This document shows, piece after piece, positions 1 through 10,400 of a stretch of 64,000 bases of DNA. The stretch covers positions 1,962 through 65,961 of the IMG/VR virus record IMGVR_UViG_2773858005_000001; one strand, 5' to 3'. How positions within the stretch are numbered: position 1 is the first letter of the stretch; the number at the start of each line of letters is the position of its first letter. Made by a program: the position numbers and the translations under genes. The notes beneath the pieces are model-generated. The model was not told the DNA's origin and ran no database searches. It saw nothing but the letters and a program-made list of their open reading frames with translations. The DNA comes from a virus.

Positions 1-32
1 TAAATCCATCCTTATCCCCCTTGTTTAGTTCA

Positions 33-61
33 AAATTAAAAGCACATATTTAAATGTGCTT
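33..61 (-). terminator. Intrinsic terminator after the tail module; next gene (ATG at 9, RBS AAGGGGG, probably holin) runs off the window
   Basis: Minus strand AAGCACAT-ttaaat-ATGTGCTT followed by TTAATTTT. Confidence 0.55.
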
Positions 62-75
62 AATTGCTTAATAAG

Positions 76-309
76 TTATTCAGCATCTTCTTGATCTTCA
101 ATTTCATATATTGCTTCTTTAAATTTTTCTATATCAGCTCTAACTGCTTCTTTGTTTGCTATATAAGCATCTTTTGAAGTAATTGAAGTTGTTACAGATG
201 TTGGACCATCTGCTTCATTGCTGATATTTGCCGTCAACATAGCAATCACATCATCACCAATCATTACTGTACCTGTCACTGCAATTCTTTTATCGATTCT
301 AATAGCCAT
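76..309 (-). CDS. Small conserved phage tail-end hypothetical protein
   Basis: ORF (start MAIRIDK after GGGGG RBS) in the position typical between tail fibre and holin. Confidence 0.6.
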   Translation of the reverse strand: MAIRIDKRIAVTGTVMIGDDVIAMLTANISNEADGPTSVTTSITSKDAYIANKEAVRADIEKFKEAIYEIEDQEDAE

Positions 310-310
310 A

Positions 311-751
311 TTATTCCCCCCCCTTATTTTCAATATCTTCTAATTTGTCTAACACCAAATCGTACAATTGCGCTTCTACACCACTTAAAAAAGCGTCTGA
401 TTCGTCAAGAGCGACAATCAAATGCTTTAAATGTGGTTCATATTCAGTTAAATCAATAACATTTTTTTCGTTTGCTAGTTCATTTTGCGCTATTACCGCT
501 TCGGCTTGCTTACCTGGTAGCCACGAAACAAAAGTGTTACCTTCTTTTGTAGTTGTGACTAATTCTCCGCTATCATCAACTAAGCAGTATTCTTTTAATA
601 ATTCTTGTTCGTCCTTTGCGTAAGTTTCAAACTTAACTGATACTAATTTAACAAACTTGCTGACAGCACGAGAATTACGCCCTTTTGCTTTTACACCCAT
701 TAACATTTCAATCATTGGTTTTAATTCTGCATTGTAAAATTCTATTTTCAT
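311..751 (-). CDS. DUF1617-like phage protein
   Basis: 146 aa acidic protein after the tail fibre; KGRNSRAVSKFVKL..YAKDEQELLKEY pattern. Confidence 0.6.
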   Translation of the reverse strand: MKIEFYNAELKPMIEMLMGVKAKGRNSRAVSKFVKLVSVKFETYAKDEQELLKEYCLVDDSGELVTTTKEGNTFVSWLPGKQAEAVIAQNELANEKNVIDLTEYEPHLKHLIVALDESDAFLSGVEAQLYDLVLDKLEDIENKGGE

Positions 752-2964
752 TATTTAATTCGCTCCTTTAATTTTTCTATTTCCATTTGATGGTCTTTGA
801 CAATTTGTAATAGCGGTACAACCAAGCGGTCATATTGAATACCCTCTACTTCTTTTGTTCCATCATCGTTTAACTCCCCATATGAAACAAACTCAGTTAA
901 ACCCGCCTCAACTAAATCTTCAGCAATTAAACCATGAATGCGCTCAACGGGTAATACTTCATCTTCCGGATTATCCCAATCAAACGTATCCTTGTTGTCC
1001 AACGCCCTTGCATACGTTTCTGTATTAGCTTTGTCATACCAAGTTTTGTGCTTTAATTTTAAGATATTCTTATAGTTGTCTGTTTTATCTTCCTCAATAG
1101 CCAACTTGTATTTAGAAGCTGATGTCGAACGCCCAATTGTTCCTAAATCTGTTATATACAAATTAGGTGCGCTAGAGTATGTCCTCCTGTATATAACATT
1201 CGACTGAACGAATGCACTTGTACTGTCGCTTGATAATAAAATGTGATCGCCGTCTTTTGCAGATAATCTTACGGTATTTGCTGATATAGCTACCTCCGAT
1301 TTATTTCTTGAAGTATTTCCAATCTCTATACTAGCAAGTGATTTATAATTAAGGCTGCCATAACTATATAAATCGCCTGAGGACAAGTTAATCACTTGCC
1401 TAGAAAAAACATTCAAATAACCCTCTTTATTTCCCGATATAGCAGAACCTTGATTCACTGTCGAATTAGCTATATTTTTAACTGCATTAGAAGTTCCTAA
1501 AGAATAACCATCTTCTCCGATTAAAGCTAATCCACTTGCATCGAGAAGCCGCCATTTGTATGTTATAGTTCCATATTTCTTCGAATTCCCTATAGTTAGT
1601 TCTGGACTACTATTTAAAGTTATTTCACCTTTTGAAATTGTAAATCCACCATTACTATCGTACGATTCAACAATACCTTTAGTGACATCGATAGAAAATA
1701 GTTCATCTGCGCGTTTTATAATGCCTTTTTGAAAGGTTACTTCTCCTGAATTAAGATTAATCGCAAGATTCGCACCTGTTATAATACCAGCGCTTATATT
1801 GGAAGCGTTTAGGTTAACAACGTTTATCTTACCTGCATCAATCGTCCCAGCAGTTAGTTTGTTAGCTGATAAACTATCAATCATTGCGTTCTTAATAACA
1901 GCATTATCTATCTTAGTTTTACCGCTTATCCAAACGTTCTCACCTGCAATCACGATACCTTCAGTCGATATGTTTATTTGATTTATAATACCGTTCTTGT
2001 CTACTTTTAGGTTGATGTTGTCCGCTAGTTGTGAGATTTGTGACGATGCTTCTGCGTTGCTTAAAATGACTGTATCACCTTTTGTTGTAGGCGTATAATT
2101 ATCTTTTAAATACACGATTTTCCATGTTTTTTTATCTGTGGAAATTTCTAATTTAACATCGAGATAATCTCTACCTGTCGCAACATATATCCACAATTTT
2201 AAAGAGCTTAATGTTTGATATATTTTTTTGAGGTCTATAATAAATGATACATCACCGTTTGCTGTCGCATATTTAGCATTATCATCACTTACACCGTCAG
2301 TCACATAAACTAAATTTGTCCATGCACCTTTTTCTGCTGTTGGCAAAATGTTCAGTGCGACGTTTTTATTGTCACTATCATTTACTTGTAACTCCAAAAG
2401 GTGATTTCCTGAGTTAACGCTATTTCCACTGCCTGAAAATCGCACATATCTCACATTTTCGTTATTTTGCAAAGATACTGTACTACTAATCAATTCCGCT
2501 GTCTGAGTTTTATTACTATCAAAGTCCGCGTTACTTACTTTACTAGCAACTACTTCAGCAAGTTGTGTGACCGTTGACGAGTCTGCTTTTGATTTAACTG
2601 CTGTTTGCAAGCCTGCTGTCGTTTGTTTAACCGAGCTTATAGCGCCTGTGTTGACATCTACCTTTTCAGACAATGCCTCTGCTTTATCAAACCCTTCTTG
2701 AGCTTTTTCGAGTGATTCGTCCGCTTTTTCTTGTGCTGCGTTTATCTTTCCATCAGCCACAATAAGTTGATTTTTTATATCTTCTGTCTCTTTTGTGCTG
2801 GAAATAAACTCCCACTGAACGCCATTCCAACGGTATTGCTCGACATATTTGCCGTTTTGTTTATACCAAACATCCCCTAAAGATGGATTCAGTGGTGCAG
2901 TGTTGCTAACGACTGTTTCCTTTATGTCTGTTAATGTTAATTCACTTCTTGTGATAATTGCCAT
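751..2964 (-). CDS. Tail fibre/minor tail protein with discoidin-like domain, gp58-like segment and C-terminal S74-type chaperone
   Basis: WNGVQW motif, coiled coil, NAVIKNAMIDSLSANKLTAGTIDA repeats, C-terminal SASKYK..HGLIAEDL..IQYDRLVVPLLQIVK. Confidence 0.8.
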   Translation of the reverse strand: MAIITRSELTLTDIKETVVSNTAPLNPSLGDVWYKQNGKYVEQYRWNGVQWEFISSTKETEDIKNQLIVADGKINAAQEKADESLEKAQEGFDKAEALSEKVDVNTGAISSVKQTTAGLQTAVKSKADSSTVTQLAEVVASKVSNADFDSNKTQTAELISSTVSLQNNENVRYVRFSGSGNSVNSGNHLLELQVNDSDNKNVALNILPTAEKGAWTNLVYVTDGVSDDNAKYATANGDVSFIIDLKKIYQTLSSLKLWIYVATGRDYLDVKLEISTDKKTWKIVYLKDNYTPTTKGDTVILSNAEASSQISQLADNINLKVDKNGIINQINISTEGIVIAGENVWISGKTKIDNAVIKNAMIDSLSANKLTAGTIDAGKINVVNLNASNISAGIITGANLAINLNSGEVTFQKGIIKRADELFSIDVTKGIVESYDSNGGFTISKGEITLNSSPELTIGNSKKYGTITYKWRLLDASGLALIGEDGYSLGTSNAVKNIANSTVNQGSAISGNKEGYLNVFSRQVINLSSGDLYSYGSLNYKSLASIEIGNTSRNKSEVAISANTVRLSAKDGDHILLSSDSTSAFVQSNVIYRRTYSSAPNLYITDLGTIGRSTSASKYKLAIEEDKTDNYKNILKLKHKTWYDKANTETYARALDNKDTFDWDNPEDEVLPVERIHGLIAEDLVEAGLTEFVSYGELNDDGTKEVEGIQYDRLVVPLLQIVKDHQMEIEKLKERIK

Positions 2965-2979
2965 GTAAACAACCCCTTC

Positions 2980-5433
2980 TTAATATTTAATTTGACGGTC
3001 AATACCTGCGCCAAATCGCACTAAATTTATTGTGCGTGTTTTACTATTTAATATCATCACGTCAAAACCATCTTCCAATCGTGTATTAACTGTCCTGTCT
3101 AATACAACACCTTCAGCACGTGCCAAACTGTCAATAATAGAAACGCAAGGCACTGTCATAGCAACGCTTGTGTAATCTTGATGATAGTGTCCGTTAAATA
3201 TCGCACATACATCACGCTTGCCAGAAAAATTAACGGAGATGCTTGCTTTGTAATCTACAATATTTGATGTCATGTTAACATTTGTGCCGTTTTTGTAAGC
3301 TAATACAATCGCTTTTATGATGTCACCGTTTGGCTGTATAACTGCCGATGTGTTAAAAATACCTTGCAACGATTGATGTACCATAATAATCACTTTATAA
3401 TCATTAGGTGTGTTTTTTAAAGCGTTGGCGAACCATGTGATTTGCGCTTGCTGAAAACCACCTTTATTTATAATCGGATATTTAACCTTACCGCCTACTA
3501 ATATAAATGGAACATCAAACGAGTTGAGTATAAACATACGTGTTTTTTTATCTTTAATATCGTAGTAACCATAGCTTGATTTATCAGATTTATTTGTAAC
3601 ATACCCAAACGATTCGCTTTTTTTGCTTATTAAATCGTGCATTTCTGTGGGTGTAATCGTCTGTGTACCGTCATTTTCATAACGACTTTCGTCACCCCAG
3701 CTATTATTGTCGTGGTTACCATTGGCAATAAAATATGGAGTTGCAGACTTAGATAGCTCACTAACAGCCGCTTTAACGTTAGATGTAACGATTGCTTTCG
3801 TGCTGTGTCCATCTACCAAATCCCCTAAATGCACTAAGGCATCTGTGTTAATCTGATGCGTTAATTCAACGGCATTCGTAAAATGTGACATTGAACGTGC
3901 TTTTATATTATTGTCATTAACGCTGTCTGTCGCATAGTGAGTGTCTGTGATAATAGGAATCACTACGCAATTATTATCAGCAATCGCATCTACACGCATA
4001 ATAACGCTGTCAATCTCACGTTTAAAAAAGTCTGCTGATATATAGACGTAACCATCTAATACTAATTTAGCCCTAAATACGGCTTTTTGTTGTAATTCAA
4101 TCGCAGCTACAGTTATCACATTACCGACATTTTTATTAGCTCGCTCCCAATTTAAATCATGCGAGCCGTCAGCGTTGATTTTCTCCCACACGAGTTGATT
4201 AGGCTCAACGTTATACACTCGATTCCCTTTAAACACACGTGCGATGATTGTTGTATCACCTGCGCCGTTTTTAAAGCTCGTACCGTTCGTAGTAGATAAT
4301 TCGATACGGTAAGGGTCTTTATTTTGACCGTTATTTATTTGGTCCTGCAATTTTCCGATTAAATCGGGTGTGACAGTCGTGATTGTATTGTACTCGCCTA
4401 ATATGATTTTATTTTTGGTTGGGTCTGCTTCGGATATTTCCTTTTGCACAACTCTACTGATGACAGTTAAAATAGGCGACATTTCAAAGTCAACGACTTG
4501 TAACGTGTCACCTAAATCTGCATCAAAGTTAAGTTCTGCGACATCAATCGTATAGTTGTATTTCGGATGATTATAAAACTTAAGTTGCTCTTCACCCCAA
4601 TATTTAAGCCCTTGTGGATCTAATATTGTTTCGTGTTTTACAAAGCCTTCTAAATATTTATTGCCGCCATTCCAGGTATCATTCGCAGCATCATCAACAA
4701 TGAACAATTTGCCATCATTTGCATTTGCAATTGTGGCTGATTCGCCACTAGCTAAATTTCCACCAAATACATATAACTTTGTGTACATTTCAGTGTCGCT
4801 ACCTGTCCGATTGATGCCAACCACATTGCGACCGTATTCGATTCTTCGCCCTGTTTTTTCTCCTAATTCGTCATGGATTTCAATGACTTTATTAAATACT
4901 TTCCCGTTGCGTATCTGTACATACGCACGCATTTCTTTTTCGTAATCTTTATTGAGAGTATCAATCCAGCTCATTGCGTTACTGTTATTATCAATCTCAT
5001 ATGTTTTAAAATCACCATCTGAATCAACGTCAGCAATCCAGCCACTACGTTGTAAAACGTAATTATATGCAATAGTTGCTGATGCGTTTTTTAGCGTGTC
5101 TTTAGTTGGTACTGTTTTATTTAAATCCCACGCGCACAAATTGATAGCTGACACTTTTTTCATATGCGTACGACCGACAGCAATGTCTTCCCACTCATTG
5201 ATTCTAAACGCATACCAGCGACCATTTTCGTATTCTTTCAACAGATGATAACCTTCTGTCATCATGTCCGTTTCCACAAAACCATAAGGAACAGATATTT
5301 CTAGCGTATCTGTCCAAACTTTACCTTGTTCGTCTGCGATTTTAACAACTCTTAGATCATCAAAAAAAGCACAACCCCCGTCTAGCGAGAGCGTGCCTGT
5401 TATTTTTAAATTTTTATCTGCAATTAAATACAC
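2980..5433 (-). CDS. Tal-like baseplate/tail-spike protein with C-terminal metallophosphoesterase domain
   Basis: N-terminal prophage endopeptidase-like region; calcineurin-like motifs DTH, GDLVD, GNHD, GHYH. Confidence 0.8.
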   Translation of the reverse strand: MYLIADKNLKITGTLSLDGGCAFFDDLRVVKIADEQGKVWTDTLEISVPYGFVETDMMTEGYHLLKEYENGRWYAFRINEWEDIAVGRTHMKKVSAINLCAWDLNKTVPTKDTLKNASATIAYNYVLQRSGWIADVDSDGDFKTYEIDNNSNAMSWIDTLNKDYEKEMRAYVQIRNGKVFNKVIEIHDELGEKTGRRIEYGRNVVGINRTGSDTEMYTKLYVFGGNLASGESATIANANDGKLFIVDDAANDTWNGGNKYLEGFVKHETILDPQGLKYWGEEQLKFYNHPKYNYTIDVAELNFDADLGDTLQVVDFEMSPILTVISRVVQKEISEADPTKNKIILGEYNTITTVTPDLIGKLQDQINNGQNKDPYRIELSTTNGTSFKNGAGDTTIIARVFKGNRVYNVEPNQLVWEKINADGSHDLNWERANKNVGNVITVAAIELQQKAVFRAKLVLDGYVYISADFFKREIDSVIMRVDAIADNNCVVIPIITDTHYATDSVNDNNIKARSMSHFTNAVELTHQINTDALVHLGDLVDGHSTKAIVTSNVKAAVSELSKSATPYFIANGNHDNNSWGDESRYENDGTQTITPTEMHDLISKKSESFGYVTNKSDKSSYGYYDIKDKKTRMFILNSFDVPFILVGGKVKYPIINKGGFQQAQITWFANALKNTPNDYKVIIMVHQSLQGIFNTSAVIQPNGDIIKAIVLAYKNGTNVNMTSNIVDYKASISVNFSGKRDVCAIFNGHYHQDYTSVAMTVPCVSIIDSLARAEGVVLDRTVNTRLEDGFDVMILNSKTRTINLVRFGAGIDRQIKY

Positions 5434-5447
5434 AATGTGCCTCCTTC

Positions 5448-7472
5448 CTAATCCCGTGTAGGTCTATAATCTAACAACCACGTGGCTGTTGGTACATGCT
5501 CGTTATATGCTGTCGCAACTGTCCCGATTTCCAGTTTCATTCGAATAGTCAGCGCTTTTTTTGCATATACTTTGCAGTAATAAGCGTTAGCAGGTACAAC
5601 AATAGTTGCTGATTTAATCGTATTTGCATACTCTGTATAACTGATAAACGTTTTACTTTTTGTGTAAAAGAAAATCCGTCGCGCGCTGTCGCTATCTGTA
5701 TTCAATATGCTGAAAGTTAAGTTTTGCGCTGGTACACAAGCTATCCACGTGGATGACCTGTCTATAGTATCATTGCTACTACTCATGAGCTTGCCAGTTG
5801 ATGCCTGTAGGTAACCAACATCAAAAGTTGATTCGTTGACGAGGTTATCACTATCTATTCTTAAATTGCTAGGTTTAGGAAATAAATTGTACTCAATCGG
5901 TACGCCTCCTGTAAATTTAGGGAATCGAGAGCCAATATAAAAGTTGTCCATAAACGGCTCACCGTTTTTATAAAAACAACCGTCCTCTGAATCAATTCTT
6001 AGTTCTTCGCCAGCACGTGCAATAATTTCTTGTTTTGATGTTATGCCATTGCCACCGTTTAAAATGTTCCAAACTTTAACATCCGTTATTGCTAATGTGT
6101 TAACAGTATATTTTGTCGGAGGATTAGCTCTATCTTCCGCTATGTCTGCTTTTGCTAGGAAAAATGCAATCCCTGCCAGTTTTTTATTGTAAGTATTTTT
6201 AGTATCTGTAAAGGTTGTGGTGATTGGCTTGCTCCAAGCGTTACCAGCATTGTTAGCCTTTAATTTCATGACGCTGAATGTATACTTATTTCCAATTTTC
6301 AAAACATCAAGATAGCCGTAAAAATCAGTAAACGTCGATGTTGCTGTGGACGATGGAACACTGATTGTTTTATAGACAACTTCTGTTTTTTTCTTTTTAT
6401 TGACAGTTACCGTTTTTGTGCCATTTTTAGTTTTAACTTTAATCGTTGTTACTTTTCCTTTTTTAACAGTACCTGGACTGTTGTAAACGTATTTAAAGTT
6501 ACTTCCACTTTCCACACTGAAGACGATATACGGGTCTTTACCGTCGGATTTATCATTCAGTGCAACTTTTCCGATTCTTGCACCATTCGCATCAAGCAAA
6601 TAAAATTCTGCTGCGCCTCGTGAACGTGCATAGTGTTGTAAGTTACACAATCGTACTCTTACACGATAATCTTCACATTCTTGTCCTAAATATTGCTGAA
6701 AAGCTGGTCCATGATAGCCCGCCATATTTTCACCGAAACTTTTAACTTGGATGCCATCGTTATATATTTTTAAGCTGCCCGATGCAGTTCCATCTAGCTT
6801 AAAAGTAACGTCAGCGTTTTCAAGAGTTGTCCAGGGAACGGTCGTTGAGCATTTATCATCTAAAATTAACGGCTCGTTATTGACTGGCGTTTCACCTTGC
6901 ATAAAATCAACATCATTGCCGATATACGCCCATTCGCCGTTATCATCCACAATCGCTAACTTTGTGATGTCTGTATCCGGTATACAAGTAAAAACAGGCT
7001 TAACATCCGAATACCCGTCAGCTGTAATAGTAACAGGATTTTCTCTGATTTCTTGAGTTATCATTTTGCCATACTGATGCGGATCAGATGCCTCAAATGT
7101 GATTGTAAAAGAAAAATCACACGTTGCTTTAGCAAGTCTTGTTGACTTACTTATATCCACAAGAGAAACATACATCTCCCAATCCATCGATGTTGTAAAT
7201 TTTAACGACACTGCATTTGTTGTAAATGGTCTTAAGACATTCGCAATATAAGCCTCTTTTTCTGCTCGTTCACTTTCATTTTGTGCTAAACAGACACATT
7301 CCAATATAATATTTTTAGAGCCGATTGACGTCCCTTGTGATATAGCACCAGTCATACCAGGCACATCTTGCGAAGATGCAGAAAGAGAACCCATGAAAGA
7401 GTTCTCAACATCCTCTAAAATTATTCCTAAATCATCGTAACTATCGAGCGTATCTAAAATAAATCGCTTCAT
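5448..7472 (-). CDS. Distal tail protein (evolved Dit) with insertions
   Basis: Directly after TMP; FSFTITFEASDPHQYG Dit motif; 674 aa with a Lys-rich hairpin and a CBM-like C-terminal segment. Confidence 0.75.
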   Translation of the reverse strand: MKRFILDTLDSYDDLGIILEDVENSFMGSLSASSQDVPGMTGAISQGTSIGSKNIILECVCLAQNESERAEKEAYIANVLRPFTTNAVSLKFTTSMDWEMYVSLVDISKSTRLAKATCDFSFTITFEASDPHQYGKMITQEIRENPVTITADGYSDVKPVFTCIPDTDITKLAIVDDNGEWAYIGNDVDFMQGETPVNNEPLILDDKCSTTVPWTTLENADVTFKLDGTASGSLKIYNDGIQVKSFGENMAGYHGPAFQQYLGQECEDYRVRVRLCNLQHYARSRGAAEFYLLDANGARIGKVALNDKSDGKDPYIVFSVESGSNFKYVYNSPGTVKKGKVTTIKVKTKNGTKTVTVNKKKKTEVVYKTISVPSSTATSTFTDFYGYLDVLKIGNKYTFSVMKLKANNAGNAWSKPITTTFTDTKNTYNKKLAGIAFFLAKADIAEDRANPPTKYTVNTLAITDVKVWNILNGGNGITSKQEIIARAGEELRIDSEDGCFYKNGEPFMDNFYIGSRFPKFTGGVPIEYNLFPKPSNLRIDSDNLVNESTFDVGYLQASTGKLMSSSNDTIDRSSTWIACVPAQNLTFSILNTDSDSARRIFFYTKSKTFISYTEYANTIKSATIVVPANAYYCKVYAKKALTIRMKLEIGTVATAYNEHVPTATWLLDYRPTRD

Positions 7473-10400
7473 TAATTCGTCACTCCTTTAAAAAAGTTGC
7501 GTGTTGTATCTTTTGATTGTTGTTGTTTTGTGATTGCAGGCTCTAATTTTTTGCTATCAAGATAGGTGTTATTATCTTTATTAACAAGTTTCATCAACAA
7601 TGCATTTTGCTGCGTTAATAATGCGACTAACTCGCTGTTGTCGTTTTTCTGATTATTGACAACAACAGTACCACCATCTTCATCACCTAGAACATTTTTA
7701 ACTTGTTTTAAAAGTTGCATTGCTCTGCTGCGTTTCGATGGGTGTAAAGGTATAATTGCTTCGGCTCGATTACCTTCAGCAATTTGTGCTACTTGGTGTT
7801 GACTAACAATGCCACCATTTGCGTACCCATGACCTTTACCAATTACACCTAACATACCTGCTGCGCCGTATCTTGACTTAGCATAATTAATACCTGCTAA
7901 AAGACTATGCAGACCATTAAGGCGATTGTTATATCCTGGAAACTTGTACGCTTCAAATGTTGTGCCAATTACCTGAACTAAACCTTTAGCTAAGTCACCA
8001 GTTTTATTATTAATATCACCAATGTTCCCTTGAACAGCTCGTGGATTTCCGCCCGATTCAGACTGAATTTGACGTAACCAGGCATTCACATAGGCAGGAG
8101 TAACTGGCAAGTGATTCATTGCTAACGCACGTTTTACGGTACCTGCCCATCTTGTAACACCTGCTCCGCTCGGCTCTTCTCCACCCATGCCATCAAACAG
8201 TTTTTTCAACCAGTTGCTTTGATTCTCAGCGTGCTTTTCCGCACCATTACCAATGTTTACTCCCGAATCGCCCTTAAAAGACGTCTGAGAAAACGCACTC
8301 GAGGTTAATTTCTTCCACAATTCGGCGGGTTTGTCGAAAAAGCCCATAATGTCTTCAATTTTGCTGCTAAACCAATCTTTGACTGATGCACCTGTACCTT
8401 TTGCATACATAGGAGCGATGCCGAAGTTTTTAAACTTCTTAAATATATCTTCAGTCTGTTCACCACTAAAAACTTGCGACCCTTTCGGTAAATGGGTGAG
8501 TGTGGGAGTATCTGGCGAAAGTGCCATATTACCGTTAGCATATTGAATTAACTCTTGTTTACCACCATCACCAACCCAAGCTGTTTCTGCAGCTGCTAAA
8601 GCACCGTTTGTACCTGTAGCCCACGCATTGAATTTTAGTAACGGTAACTTGCCATTTCCACCTAAAGAGCTTGTTAAATCGTTAGCTCCTCCAACAATTC
8701 CATTAAAATTGCCAATAACACCTTTGCCTATTTCAGCAGATGCATCTAAAGGTTTATTTTTCTTGTTAAGAAGTCCTTTGCCTAATTCAGTAGAACCTGC
8801 TTGACCTTTAGCATAAGCCCATGGGTCAAATGTTAAGTTCTTTTGTATTCCTGTTTTTATGTTTAATGCTTTTGAATCTGTATATGCTTTTTTGCTTTGC
8901 ATACCATTAGCTAAACTATTAATTGTTTGCTTACCTTGGTAGTCCAAGTTTATATTAGCTTTATTGCGCATCAAACCTTGATACCCTTTCATAAAGGTAT
9001 CGACATTAATTTTACCGCTAGTGTAAGCTTTGACTAGGGAATCCATCGTAAACTTACCTTGACTACCTAAATCTACCTTTGCACCCTTTTTAATAACGCC
9101 AGAGATATTATCCATAGCTTCTTTTGCACCAGGTAACCCAAGTTGAATACCGACTTTCAGTGTAGCCATTGAATCCGCTGATAACTTGCTAATATCTTTA
9201 CTAAAGATACTATCTAAAGTAGTTTTATATTTTTCACTTAAAACACCTAAGTCAGTTATACCCACACTCATGCCAGATTTAAAAGTTGCTAAATCCGCTT
9301 TACTCCATGAAGATAAATCTTTCTTGAATATATTTTTAAGTTGTCCATCGTATTTGGCTTTAAGTTCCGCTTCGTCAATCTGACCAGATTTCAAACCTGC
9401 ATTTAGAGTAGCTACTTCTTGTTTCCCTAAATTTGTTAAATCTTTAGGGAATAGATCCATAACTTTTCCATTAAACGTACCTTTAATTTGGTCTAGTGTT
9501 AAAGCTCCTGCAAACAATCCTTCTCTTAAAGTAGCAACATTATTTTTACCAACTTCTGACAAATCTTTCCCTGCCATCGATTCAAGCTTTTGGCCAAAGA
9601 AAATTTTTGCCATTGCAGCACCTTCATCAGTTCCACTTTGGAAACTATCAAAAAATTCTTTGGCTGTTTTCTTACCGTAACGACCTAAATCAATTTTATT
9701 AGTTGTATCAGTTAAATCTAAACCCCACTTTTCAGCAGCTTTTTTAATTTCACCATCAGATTTAAGACCATCAAGATATGCATCTTTAGCAGCTATAGCT
9801 TGCTTATTAATCATCTGGCCAGTTGCAGTCATTTCGGATTCTAGTTTATCCCTGTCTTCTTTAGCATAACGAATAGCTTCTTCCACAGATGTGCCTATTT
9901 GCATGTAGTAATTACGTTGGTTAGATTCATATATTTCAAGATTTTCTTTTTGTTTATCAGTTAAATCCTTAGAAGATTTCATAACACCCTCGTTATGTTT
10001 CTTCGTAGCAGCTAACCAATCTTCTTGAGTTTTGTATATCTTCCCAGTTTGTTCATCCCAATACTGCACTTGGCCATCGCCATATTTTTGTGTAGCATCA
10101 TCTAAAGTTTGTAATGTTTTCAAGTTAATGTTTTTCACGCTTTTCAATTTAGATGCCATATTAGATTGAGCTGTAATGTATTTTGCATTGGCCTTTTCTG
10201 TGCGTGATAATTTATCACCTTCTAAAGCAAACATAGCAGCTGCATATTCTTGCTGAGTAATGCGGTCCTCGTCTAGTTGTTTTTGCAAACTGTCACTAGA
10301 TTTTTTGTAAGATTTATCGCTTTCTTTCAACGTTTTATCTTTAGCTTTTTTCAACTTGTTCATTTCTTCTATATAAGTCTTATTATCTAAATCACCTTTG

